From a virus (lineage: Duplodnaviria > Caudoviricetes): DNA of 63,327 bases. Both the position numbers and the translations under genes were made by a program. Below are positions 1 through 9,117 of the stretch, in pieces. Under the pieces are notes generated by a model that saw nothing but the letters and a program-made list of their open reading frames with translations, made no database searches and was not told the DNA's origin. The DNA lies in IMG/VR virus record IMGVR_UViG_3300037311_000078, positions 1 to 63,327 of that record; one strand, 5' to 3'. Positions within the stretch are counted from its first letter, which is position 1. Every line of letters starts with the position of its first letter.

Positions 1-16
1 TTTATAAAGCAACATC

Positions 17-1042
17 ATGAACAACATCCTTATCCTTGACACTGAAACATCCGGGCTTCCACTCGACTTCAAGTCGCCACCATCACACGACAACAACTGG
101 CCGCACCTGGTGCAGCTCGCATGGCAATGCTACACACCGGCCGGTGATCTCCTGGAGGAGTACTGCCAGATCGTAAAGCCGAATGGTTGGACCATCGCCG
201 CTGAGGCTGAAAAAACGCACGGCATAAGCCTGGAGGTGGCAACGGAAAAGGGGCTGCCAATTGAATCGGTAATCAAGTCGCTTATGCTACGGCTGAACGA
301 CTGCAAAGTGATCGTGTGCCACAACACCGGCTTTGATAAGCCGGTCGTGCTCAGTGAATTTCTGCGCCTGAAAAACAAGTTCCCATCCATGCATGATTCT
401 GAATGGTGGATTGAACGTGTACCTTTTTACTGCACGATGCTGGCAACTACGTCGCTTCTGGCCATACCACACCCGAATGAATATTTCAGGAAGAAAGGGC
501 AATTCAAATGGCCATCGCTTGACGAGCTTCATGCCTTCCTGTTTGGTGAAGCTATTTCAGGCCGTGAAGATTTCCACGATGCATTGGTTGACGTAAAGGG
601 TACGGCGCGGTGTTACTTTGAACTGATTAAAAGAAACCAAAGGATTACACCAGAGATGATCCAAAGCCTTGATGCCAACCAGGTATTCGTGTTTGGATCA
701 AACACTGAAGGCCGTCACGGCGGTGGCGCTGCTCATTACGCGCATAAATTATTCGGAGCAGAATGGGGTGTTGCAGAGGGGATGACAGGCAAAACGTACG
801 CTATTCCAACCTGCACTCCATTCATTGAAAAAATTGGATTGGATGCCATTGCTGAAAGCGTTTCCAGGTTTATTGAACATGCAAAGAGAACTCCCGATGC
901 TGTGTACCTGGTAACGCCAATTGGGTGCGGAATCGCTGGATTCTCAACAGAAGAAATTGCTCCACTCTTTTCATCTTGCATCGAAATCAAAAACATATAT
1001 CTTCCTCAATCATTCTGGAACATCTACTCAACAACAAAATAA
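17..1042 (+). CDS. DEDDh 3'-5' exonuclease (DnaQ-like) fused to a C-terminal macrodomain-like domain
   Basis: ExoI LDTETSG, ExoII HNTGFD, ExoIII HDALVD; C-terminus FVFGSN..GRHGGGAA..TYAIPT..VTPIGCGIAG. Confidence 0.8.
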   Translation: MNNILILDTETSGLPLDFKSPPSHDNNWPHLVQLAWQCYTPAGDLLEEYCQIVKPNGWTIAAEAEKTHGISLEVATEKGLPIESVIKSLMLRLNDCKVIVCHNTGFDKPVVLSEFLRLKNKFPSMHDSEWWIERVPFYCTMLATTSLLAIPHPNEYFRKKGQFKWPSLDELHAFLFGEAISGREDFHDALVDVKGTARCYFELIKRNQRITPEMIQSLDANQVFVFGSNTEGRHGGGAAHYAHKLFGAEWGVAEGMTGKTYAIPTCTPFIEKIGLDAIAESVSRFIEHAKRTPDAVYLVTPIGCGIAGFSTEEIAPLFSSCIEIKNIYLPQSFWNIYSTTK

Positions 1043-1049
1043 TACAACA

Positions 1050-1700
1050 ATGGAAAACTTATTCGATTTCTCTCCTTACGCTCCAAAAGATGGGCACGTT
1101 CTTGTTCTGAAATCACTCAACGCAAAGCTTATTGCTGCGCACAATGATTTCCAGTGGCCTGAATTTGGAATCTGTGAAGCGCCTGATTGGTTGCAGACAA
1201 ACGAATGTGGCAACGGATTGCATGGATGGCTATGGGGGGCAGGAGATTCCAACCTCCGGTGCTCAGACGATGATGCAAAGTGGCTTGTTCTTCATGTAGA
1301 GGAATCAACCATTATCAACTTGGATGGGAAGGTTAAATTCCCAAAATGTGAAGTGATATTTGTAGGTACTCGTGAAGATGCCGTTTCGATTATTCAAAAT
1401 TATGCTCCTGCTGGAACGGCTATCATGTTTTCCACGCTGACCGGGGGCTATGCATCCACGCTGACCGGGGGCTATGCATCCACGCTGACCGGGGGCTATG
1501 CATCCACGCTGACCGGGGGCTATGCATCCACGCTGACCGGGGGCTTGTGGGGAGTATTGGTATTTAGATTCTACAATGAAAAATCGAATGAATATGAGCA
1601 ACGTTGCGCGCTCATCGATGGTGTAAATTACTTGCCTGGGATGAAATATAAACTCAATGATGAGTATGGCATTGAGATGGTAAATGATACTGAAGCATAA
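1050..1700 (+). CDS. phage protein with STLTGGYA octapeptide repeats
   Basis: ATG at 1050 after an A-rich leader; CGNGLHGW and KVKFP motifs followed by tandem octapeptides. Confidence 0.7.
   Translation: MENLFDFSPYAPKDGHVLVLKSLNAKLIAAHNDFQWPEFGICEAPDWLQTNECGNGLHGWLWGAGDSNLRCSDDDAKWLVLHVEESTIINLDGKVKFPKCEVIFVGTREDAVSIIQNYAPAGTAIMFSTLTGGYASTLTGGYASTLTGGYASTLTGGYASTLTGGLWGVLVFRFYNEKSNEYEQRCALIDGVNYLPGMKYKLNDEYGIEMVNDTEA
1431..1545 (+). repeat. 24-bp tandem repeat TCCACGCTGACCGGGGGCTATGCA, 4 identical copies plus a 19-bp partial
   Basis: units start at 1431, 1455, 1479, 1503, 1527. Confidence 0.97.
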
Positions 1701-1703
1701 GTC

Positions 1704-3125
1704 ATGCAACTTAGACCATACCAACAGAAAGCTGATGACGAGATCGTTGCAGCCTGGGCATCCGGAAAGAAGCGGGTATTTCTACAGCTACCGACAGGTG
1801 GCGGCAAGACAGTCATGTTCAACCACCGCGCCGCCGTAGCTGCCAGAAAGGGCAAGCGTGTTCTGATCATCGCCGACCGCAGGGAGTTGATACAGCAGGC
1901 CTGGTCACGCCTTTGGCAAGCAGCGAACATCCACGCAGGAATCATCCTGTCTGGCCATCCGCAAAATCACGCGTTACCAATTCAGATTGCCAGTATCCAG
2001 ACGCTAAACCGGCGCACATTCCCGCCGAACATCGACATGGTAATAATCGACGAGGCGCGTGGATCCGTAGCAGACAGTTACAAGACGGTGTTCAATCATT
2101 ATAAGGATGCTTACTTCCTTGGCGTGGATGCCACGCCGATCAGGACAACCGGTCAGGGGTTCGATCACCTCTATGACCACATGGTTTTAGGACCTACCCT
2201 GAAAGAGTTGGAAGCATTGGGATCACTCGTGCCGGCGCGGCCATTTGTTAACCCGCTGGACCAAAGGATCCTCGACCGGGTGAAGATCACCGCAGGGGAT
2301 TATAACGAAAAGCAACTAGCAGAAGTGATGGCAGACAAAACCCTCACAGCTGACCTGGTGCAAAGTAAATTGAAGCATGCGCCTGGGCTGAAAACAATCG
2401 TGTTCGCCGTATCCATCGCCCACTCGAAGATGATTATCGAGCAGTACAATGCTGCCGGCATCAAGGCCATGCACGTGGACGGTGAGATGGCCATGGAAGA
2501 ACGGGCTTCGATCTTCAAACGGTTCAAAAACGGAGACTTCGAAGTACTATGTAACGTCGGTATTGCATGCTACGGATTTGACGAGCCTAGTATCCAATGT
2601 GTGCAGCTGGCACGGCCTACGAAGTCGCTGGCACTCTACCTGCAGCAAGTTGGACGCGGCACCAGGCCATACACATTGCCGACCGGGGAGAAGAAGGAGA
2701 AATACATACTGCTCGATCACGCCAACTGCGTGATGGAGTTCGGAATGCCGAACAGCGAACGCCGGTGGCAACTGAAAGGCAGAAAGAAGGAAGCGCAGCG
2801 CCCGCGCCAGTTCAAGATCAAGATGGGCGACGAAGAAAAGATCGTGACTGCCAAGGACTACCCGCAGGGAGTTGAAGGCTTGGAATTGCAGGAGATTGAC
2901 GAGCTGACATTGAGGATTGAAGAGTTTAAAAAAATCATGGAGCATGCCACAGCCAAAGGATACAAGCCATTGTCGTGCGTATTCAGATATACAGACAAGT
3001 TTCCGGATGTTGGAGCTGATGAGCTAAAGCAAATCGAAAAGCTACTCAACTTCAAACAGGGCTGGTGGCGCTACAAGCTGAAAGACCTGGAAGAAAACCG
3101 AAACAAAAAAGCTCAAACCGCATGA
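1704..3125 (+). CDS. superfamily 2 (DEAD/DEAH-like) helicase
   Basis: LRPYQ Q-motif, PTGGGKT, IIDEAR, ATP motif III, QQVGRGTR motif VI. Confidence 0.92.
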   Translation: MQLRPYQQKADDEIVAAWASGKKRVFLQLPTGGGKTVMFNHRAAVAARKGKRVLIIADRRELIQQAWSRLWQAANIHAGIILSGHPQNHALPIQIASIQTLNRRTFPPNIDMVIIDEARGSVADSYKTVFNHYKDAYFLGVDATPIRTTGQGFDHLYDHMVLGPTLKELEALGSLVPARPFVNPLDQRILDRVKITAGDYNEKQLAEVMADKTLTADLVQSKLKHAPGLKTIVFAVSIAHSKMIIEQYNAAGIKAMHVDGEMAMEERASIFKRFKNGDFEVLCNVGIACYGFDEPSIQCVQLARPTKSLALYLQQVGRGTRPYTLPTGEKKEKYILLDHANCVMEFGMPNSERRWQLKGRKKEAQRPRQFKIKMGDEEKIVTAKDYPQGVEGLELQEIDELTLRIEEFKKIMEHATAKGYKPLSCVFRYTDKFPDVGADELKQIEKLLNFKQGWWRYKLKDLEENRNKKAQTA

Positions 3126-3952
3126 TCGCATTTGCTTACTTCGGAGGAAAATACAGAATGATCGAGGACTTACTCCCGATGCTTCCTGAGTGCGACCACT
3201 ACTGCGAACCGTTCGCCGGAAGTCTGAGCATATTGCTGAATCGTCGGCCTTCTTCTATCGAGACGGCAAATGATCTTAACAGCGACTTGACCAACTTCTT
3301 CCGGGTACTGCGTACCAACGGGAAGAAGTTGGTCAAGTCGCTGCAATGCACGCCGTATTCGCGCGAGGAATTTGAATTGGCATGGCTTCCGTGCGAAGAT
3401 AGAACCGAACGCGCGCGCAGGTTTTTCATCAGGGTTACCATGGACATTGCAAAGGCCGGGCGTAAAACGGATAAGTCCTGGTCAGCAAACACGAAGTTTT
3501 GCCCAGGTGAGCACAGCTATGCACCGGCGAACTTTATCAAAAAAGTGAAGGGGCTACCTGAAATAGTTGACCGCCTGCGCATGGTTCAAATTGAGAACCG
3601 GCCGGCACTGAAGGTGGTCAAAAAATTTGATAACCCGAACACGCTATTCTACTGCGATCCACCATACATTCACGAAACCAGGTCGAGCAAAAAAGACTAC
3701 CTGCACGAGATGTCGTTTGACGATCATGTAGAACTCGCTGAGGCGCTAAATACCTGTAAGGCAATGGTTGCCCTATCTGGCTACGATCACCCTGCAATGG
3801 ACGATTTGTACAGCGCTCCGAAATGGTATAAGCATAAATTCAAAAGCAAGCAAGTGCCTATGTCACAGGGGAATGGCCTGGTGAGGCAGGAGGTTCTTTG
3901 GACGAATTACGACCCGGCCAAGAAGCTGGGGCAATTAAAACTGTTCACATAA
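3122..3952 (+). CDS. DNA adenine methyltransferase (Dam/D12 class)
   Basis: YFGGK, EPFAGS, ND, YCDPPY, EVLWTNY; ATGA overlap with the helicase stop. Confidence 0.92.
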   Translation: MIAFAYFGGKYRMIEDLLPMLPECDHYCEPFAGSLSILLNRRPSSIETANDLNSDLTNFFRVLRTNGKKLVKSLQCTPYSREEFELAWLPCEDRTERARRFFIRVTMDIAKAGRKTDKSWSANTKFCPGEHSYAPANFIKKVKGLPEIVDRLRMVQIENRPALKVVKKFDNPNTLFYCDPPYIHETRSSKKDYLHEMSFDDHVELAEALNTCKAMVALSGYDHPAMDDLYSAPKWYKHKFKSKQVPMSQGNGLVRQEVLWTNYDPAKKLGQLKLFT

Positions 3953-3968
3953 ATTTACGTAAATTCAC

Positions 3969-4343
3969 ATGCAACACAACACAAACGAACCGGTCCCCAT
4001 GGTTGTCGAATTGTTCGGACACCAAAAGATTGCTGGCTATGTCAGCGAGCACAATGTCGCCGGCGCTCCGTTTATTCGGGTAGATGTGCCTGAAACGGAT
4101 ACCACGCCAGCATTCTCCCGCATGTTTCACCCCAACGCAATTTATTGTTTCAATCCGTGCGACACGGAAACGATGATCGCAATGGTTGATCGCCTGGAGG
4201 TTCGACCAATCGAGCCGTTTGAAATCCGGAAGCTGGTAACCAAAATATCTGCTCAGCAGCTCGTCTCAGAATCAGAGGTGAACACCTTTGATGAAGATAA
4301 CGAGAGAACACCATTCGACCAGGAGGGCGAAGGCGAATGGTAG
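3969..4343 (+). CDS. hypothetical phage protein
   Basis: ORF in a tightly packed operon; VELFGH..IAG motif. Confidence 0.65.
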   Translation: MQHNTNEPVPMVVELFGHQKIAGYVSEHNVAGAPFIRVDVPETDTTPAFSRMFHPNAIYCFNPCDTETMIAMVDRLEVRPIEPFEIRKLVTKISAQQLVSESEVNTFDEDNERTPFDQEGEGEW

Positions 4344-4906
4344 GCATAGGATTTATTTACCCGATGTTCAAGGCGATGGTTGAAGGCGATAAAACCCAAA
4401 CCAGCCGAATGGGATCGCGCAAGTACCATGTCGGTCAGCGCATCTACGTAAAAGAACCCACAGTTCTTTGGGGCTACCCAGGGGCGTACCCAGAAGAAAA
4501 AGATGTGATTCACCAATGGTATGACTGCAAGTTCACAGGGGTATCCTATCTATGGGATGGCCAGACGGCGCCGCCTGAAACATTTTGGAAGCAATACAAC
4601 AAAATGTTCATGCCAGCTGGGGCGGCTCGTCACATCATCGAGATCACCAACGTAGAAACCAAACGCCTGGGCGACTTCGACGCAGACGATTACCGGCGCG
4701 AGGGAATGAAGGAACACATGGCCGTGCCGCTGGTGCCAGGAGAGCGACCTATTTCTGAATGGCGTGTTGATCTGGCAAATGACAGCTGCTTTGCCCGCGA
4801 GGATCCAGCCGATGTATTCAGGTACATATTGAAGCTTACCGCAGGGAAAGACATCTACGATCCTGAGATGTTACCAACCGTTTACCAATTCAAACGCATA
4901 AAATGA
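4337..4906 (+). CDS. ASCH/PUA-like hypothetical protein
   Basis: MVEGDKTQTSR, G.RIYVKE, FMP..AAR..IEITNV motifs. Confidence 0.55.
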   Translation: MVGIGFIYPMFKAMVEGDKTQTSRMGSRKYHVGQRIYVKEPTVLWGYPGAYPEEKDVIHQWYDCKFTGVSYLWDGQTAPPETFWKQYNKMFMPAGAARHIIEITNVETKRLGDFDADDYRREGMKEHMAVPLVPGERPISEWRVDLANDSCFAREDPADVFRYILKLTAGKDIYDPEMLPTVYQFKRIK

Positions 4907-5607
4907 AACCGGCTAATTTCTGGACAGAATTTGAACTCCAAGCAATCGAGCGGCACTATGCCAAACACGGCACGAAGTTCGTGGATGAGATAATCTTTGC
5001 TCACCACGGATGGCGCCGGGGATATCGCAATGTGATGCAGAAGGCAAACAAGATGGGGTTCAAATACGAGGGCCAAAACCGGGGTATGTTCAGAGCTGGT
5101 TTCACACCGCACAATAAGGGGCGCAAGATGTCGCCGGAACTCCGGGCAAAATGCGCCCCTACAATGTTCAGGCCTGGCATCATTCCAAAAAACACCAAGC
5201 CAAAAGGAGATGATATAAGCATCAGGCATTCACACACTTCAAAGCCTGAGGTTTACCTTCGATTGAAGCCAGGTAAGTGGGTGATGCTGTCAAGGCATAC
5301 ATACGAATCATTCTTTGGCAAGGTTCCAGACGGGTATATCGTATACCACAAAGACGGCGATCCGCTTAACTGCGACATTAAAAATCTGGATATCATGTCC
5401 AGGGCGCAGAATGTTCGCAGGAATCACAACCTGGTAAAGATCAGGGCAAAACATGCAGCGCTGACAGATGAATATGTGGTATGGTATATGAAGCGATACA
5501 AGGGGATAGAGTTGCCACTCGAGGAAAGCAGGGATTCCGGTCTGCTGGAAATTTACCGGAAGCAAATTGAAGTCAAACGTTCAATCAATAAAAAGCAACA
5601 ACAATGA
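4903..5607 (+). CDS. HNH endonuclease-signature protein
   Basis: F..G.TPHNKG repeats; PDGYIVYHKDGDPLNCDIKNL. Confidence 0.8.
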   Translation: MKPANFWTEFELQAIERHYAKHGTKFVDEIIFAHHGWRRGYRNVMQKANKMGFKYEGQNRGMFRAGFTPHNKGRKMSPELRAKCAPTMFRPGIIPKNTKPKGDDISIRHSHTSKPEVYLRLKPGKWVMLSRHTYESFFGKVPDGYIVYHKDGDPLNCDIKNLDIMSRAQNVRRNHNLVKIRAKHAALTDEYVVWYMKRYKGIELPLEESRDSGLLEIYRKQIEVKRSINKKQQQ

Positions 5608-6038
5608 AGAAGTTACCCGTTACACAGATCAACTCCCTGATCGGGAGGAAATTCGAGTACATGACCAAGGAGATCACGATCAACGCCTGGTAGCAGGTTG
5701 GTGATAAGATCGTATTCGCCACCGACAAAGAACCGATATCCGTTGATGCATGCAGCGTTGATGTATTCATCACTGGACTGATTGAGATTGGTGACAATGC
5801 CGTTCAAGTGGCACAACAGCGCCAACCGGTCAGGCTTAGTTCAGTTCCTGCAGATATATCGCGCAAGATCGTGGACAAGATGTCTGCCATGCTGGATGAA
5901 ATATCTGAGGCCAAAACTCCGGAGGAAATAAACCATGTGACGAAAAAGGCGAAGGCGCTCAGCAATGCTGCCAACACCATAACCAACCTGGGCAAGTTGG
6001 AACTGGAAGCCATCAGGATGAACCGGGCAACAAAATAG
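5604..6038 (+). pseudogene. hypothetical gene interrupted by one in-frame TAG (5691-5693)
   Basis: ATG at 5604 overlaps the upstream stop (ATGA); the frame continues after the TAG into ORF 5808..6038. Confidence 0.6.
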
Positions 6039-6049
6039 TAACGATGAGT

Positions 6050-6080
6050 TTGGATAAATCAAAACATTGTTTTACTTTTG
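6050..6080 (+). promoter_or_regulatory. Bacteroidota sigma70-type promoter
   Basis: TTG (6050-6052)-N20-TACTTTTG (6073-6080). Confidence 0.65.
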
Positions 6081-6084
6081 TAAC

Positions 6085-6236
6085 GGCTAAAGAGCCAAAG
6101 CGTGTGGCAACGCTTTTCAAGAGTGTGAATTTAAGGAAATATGAGCGCCATTGCAGGTGCGGGTGTCCGGGGTACTCTTGCCCGGACTTTGGCTACGCCA
6201 CTAAAGCCGCCCGTCCTGCAATGGCGCTTTTCTTTT
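6085..6236 (+). ncRNA. structured leader RNA upstream of the replication initiator
   Basis: perfect 14-bp stem 6144-6157/6215-6228 enclosing two hairpins, followed by a U-rich tract. Confidence 0.55.
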
Positions 6237-6258
6237 ACCCTATGTCTAATCTAAATCA

Positions 6259-7203
6259 ATGAGTAAGGAGCGTGATTTTAAGGGGGTTTGGATACCTAAA
6301 CACCTTTGGTTAAACCCGGATTTATCTCCAATTGAAAAGTTGTTTCTTGCAGAAATAGACAGCTTGGACAACGATCCCCAAAAAGGATGCTTTGCATCAA
6401 ATGAATACTTCGGTGAGTTTTTCCAGATTTCGGAGGGGAGAGCAGCCAACATAATTTCATCGCTCAGAAAGCGAGGTTATATAATTCAGGTATTCTTTGA
6501 CGGTCGTAATCGAGGTATAAGACTTCACGAAAATGTGAAAGCAGGTTTCACGATAAATGGAGACAGCATTCACGATAGTGTGAAACCTGGTTTCACGAAA
6601 AAGGGAAAGCCGGTTTCACGAAAAGGTGAACATAATAATACAGTTGAAGATCAAAGGTTTAATAGTACAGGGTATAGCGAATCCTCCGCCGCTGACGCGC
6701 CGGCTATCGAGCTTCCAGTCGAAGAAGAAAAAAAGAAAAAAAGGGACGCACCGGGCCCGGGCGCCGCGCCAAGCTGGACAAAGACGGCGGCGACAATTTT
6801 TGACGAGGTCGGCGCTGAACTTTCTAAGGCTGAGGGGATTGATTACATACCGTTCAACTGGAAAGTCTGCAACGATCAGAATTTTGCTCACCTGAAAAAC
6901 CTACGCAAGCTGGCAATTGAGCCGGACTTCAAAACTAAAATTGGGCATATCCCAAATGATGAAGAGTTCTTTGCGAGTTTTCGTGCCGTAATGACGTTAT
7001 CCTTCAAGTATTTCAGAAAAATACAGAAGGAAACCAATGGCGCACTACACTACACACCGTCGAGTATTTACTCGTCGTACAACAAAATCAAAAACTTCAA
7101 AAATGGCACCAACAACAACAATGGAAGTATCGGTGGCCAACCAAGTAAGTTTGGTCAAGGAGGCAATCAGAACGGCAAGTACGATCCGGCCAAGGGCTAC
7201 TAA
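6259..7203 (+). CDS. phage replication initiator / replisome organiser (N-terminal wHTH)
   Basis: FKGVWIP..LW....LS..EK.....IDSL...GCFASNEY N-terminus; internal iterons. Confidence 0.8.
   Translation: MSKERDFKGVWIPKHLWLNPDLSPIEKLFLAEIDSLDNDPQKGCFASNEYFGEFFQISEGRAANIISSLRKRGYIIQVFFDGRNRGIRLHENVKAGFTINGDSIHDSVKPGFTKKGKPVSRKGEHNNTVEDQRFNSTGYSESSAADAPAIELPVEEEKKKKRDAPGPGAAPSWTKTAATIFDEVGAELSKAEGIDYIPFNWKVCNDQNFAHLKNLRKLAIEPDFKTKIGHIPNDEEFFASFRAVMTLSFKYFRKIQKETNGALHYTPSSIYSSYNKIKNFKNGTNNNNGSIGGQPSKFGQGGNQNGKYDPAKGY
6524..6630. repeat. iterons, putative replication origin
   Basis: TTCACGA at 6524, 6547, 6569, 6592, 6615 (22-23 bp period); three copies form TTCAC-N6-GTGAA. Confidence 0.75.
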
Positions 7204-8446
7204 CCACGTGGAGATGGCCATGTGCCGCCTCCTGGAATCAGCGCCAAAGCTGGTTGCCGATGATCGCCTTCGCGCGTTCGACCCGGACACGTTCAAAGAC
7301 CTGGACGCCTATGTGATGGCAGTCCTGTTGTCCGGAAGCCTGATCCAGCGCGCCGGCGTAATTGACAACCTGGATCCAAGCTGTGACCTGGCTATCCCTG
7401 AATTGAAAAGCCTCAGCCGCGACAACGCGACGGAACTGCTTGGTTCCTATGTCCGTCAAGCATGCAACGCATTCGGATGCGATTTTAAAGGCGATATCGC
7501 CTACGCTGTAAATATGCTGTATGACAGCTACGGTGGCCTGACAATCTTGGAGTGGGCAAGATTCATAAATGCCATTTGCCGCGGCGCCTATCAAACCGAT
7601 TTCCAAAGCATCAATACCAGGGGGATCAACCTTGATTTCCTGAATGACTGGATTGAACAGCACTGCGATAACCGGGACAGCATCCTGAGGTCGCTGAAAA
7701 GCGAGTTGCCAGATAAACCAGAGAAAGACCCTGAAAATGCAGTAACCATCGAGCAGATAAGAATATCACAGGCAGAGTACGCGCAGTTCACAGCGTCAAT
7801 CAATCAGCGCCGGCGCGATTGGGAATCGAGCCTGATCGAAACCAAAATGGAAGTCGCCCGGGAAACCAGACCGGACAAAGATGACAAGATGGTGGATTTT
7901 GCCTACGAGCTTCCGGTTCAGCGCGACCGGCCAGAAGCTGCATACAAACGACTGTATGCACTCCTGGAAGTGTTCTACTTCTTTGGAGAGGACGGTGCAA
8001 AGGAAAAGATTGCTGCACTGATGGGGGCGTGGGAATTACTTCGGGTGATTGAATACGCCGAAGTTGATCCAAAGGACTTCTACCGAAGCCAGGCCGCAGC
8101 GTTGTACAAGAACCTGGTACGGCTTGTAAGGCCTCAGCCAGCTACCGACTACCTTCTGGCATCGATGTACAAAATTGCTGAGGGTAAACCTCTATCCGAA
8201 TTTCACAAGGCAATAACCGACAGAGATTACGATGGCAATTCTCCTCACCTGCCAGCTGATGATTACGTTAACGCATACATGTCAGCGCTTACCAGGGAGT
8301 TTAGAGGCGAGTACGTAAAGGCTATGACCGACGCGCACCCTGATTTCTTCCCGTTGTACCAGGATGAATACTTTGGCCTGTGCTGCATCCAGTATGCGGT
8401 TCGGGTCTTGAAAATGGCACATCCATTTTTTCACTACATAGATTAA
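7103..8446 (+). CDS. hypothetical protein (position suggests a replication accessory/loader)
   Basis: long ORF overlapping the initiator 3' end; no motif recognised. Confidence 0.55.
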   Translation: MAPTTTMEVSVANQVSLVKEAIRTASTIRPRATNHVEMAMCRLLESAPKLVADDRLRAFDPDTFKDLDAYVMAVLLSGSLIQRAGVIDNLDPSCDLAIPELKSLSRDNATELLGSYVRQACNAFGCDFKGDIAYAVNMLYDSYGGLTILEWARFINAICRGAYQTDFQSINTRGINLDFLNDWIEQHCDNRDSILRSLKSELPDKPEKDPENAVTIEQIRISQAEYAQFTASINQRRRDWESSLIETKMEVARETRPDKDDKMVDFAYELPVQRDRPEAAYKRLYALLEVFYFFGEDGAKEKIAALMGAWELLRVIEYAEVDPKDFYRSQAAALYKNLVRLVRPQPATDYLLASMYKIAEGKPLSEFHKAITDRDYDGNSPHLPADDYVNAYMSALTREFRGEYVKAMTDAHPDFFPLYQDEYFGLCCIQYAVRVLKMAHPFFHYID

Positions 8447-8454
8447 CTTTTGTT

Positions 8455-9117
8455 ATGGCAAAAAAGATCAATCCTAACTCCCGTATCACCATTACTCAGG
8501 TGAAGTTGCCTGACCTAAATGAAGAGATTGAAAACTTCGAGGATCAAATGACGGCCATCGAGATCGGGTATTCAGAGGAAATGCTCGACGATGACGGCAA
8601 CCTGGAATTCGTGAAGGAGCACCCGAAGGTTAAGTTCAGGAATTTCCTTGCGCATCCTGACCTGCTCAAACATTTCAACGGGCTTCGCCCCCACATGTCG
8701 CTTATCTGCGAATTCCGGGATGATTCCGAAGCTGATCCGGAAAACCTGCTCGAAACGGTTGCCTATGGCGACATCTACGTTACAGACATCACGCTGGTTG
8801 GATCCAGCGAAAAGTCCGGCGTTGTCCTGGGTGGTTTCAAAATCCTGCGCGACGGCTCTAAACTGAAGCTGGTTACCCCTGCGGTTCGCTTCGATCTGGG
8901 CGAATACGAATACGGCGAACAACTGTCGGAGCTTACCGATGAAATCATGGTTGAGGCACGTGCTGCGCTTCTCGAAAAGAAACACCGTATCGTTCAGCTC
9001 GATATGTTTGATGATGACCCGGATTCACACCTGGACAAAACGGCTAAGGATATGAAGGTATTCATGCGCGACAACAATGTAACGATCACCGTAGGAGAAT
9101 CAGCGCCGGGTCAATGA
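8455..9117 (+). CDS. hypothetical phage protein
   Basis: ORF with ATG at 8455, operon packing. Confidence 0.65.
   Translation: MAKKINPNSRITITQVKLPDLNEEIENFEDQMTAIEIGYSEEMLDDDGNLEFVKEHPKVKFRNFLAHPDLLKHFNGLRPHMSLICEFRDDSEADPENLLETVAYGDIYVTDITLVGSSEKSGVVLGGFKILRDGSKLKLVTPAVRFDLGEYEYGEQLSELTDEIMVEARAALLEKKHRIVQLDMFDDDPDSHLDKTAKDMKVFMRDNNVTITVGESAPGQ

Noticed and set aside
1431-1545. 24-bp repeats as a CRISPR array (also 63205-63327)
   Set aside because: No spacers; head-to-tail, in-frame coding repeats; no cas operon.
1704-3125. DEAR instead of DEAH as an inactivated helicase
   Set aside because: Catalytic DE and the other motifs are intact; one substitution is insufficient evidence.
6044-6262. 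72-aa ORF
   Set aside because: Spans a promoter and a strong RNA structure; no recognisable protein features.
6524-6630. Canonical parS sites
   Set aside because: GTTTCAC resembles a parS half-site, but the spacing does not give the 16-bp palindrome; location fits iterons.
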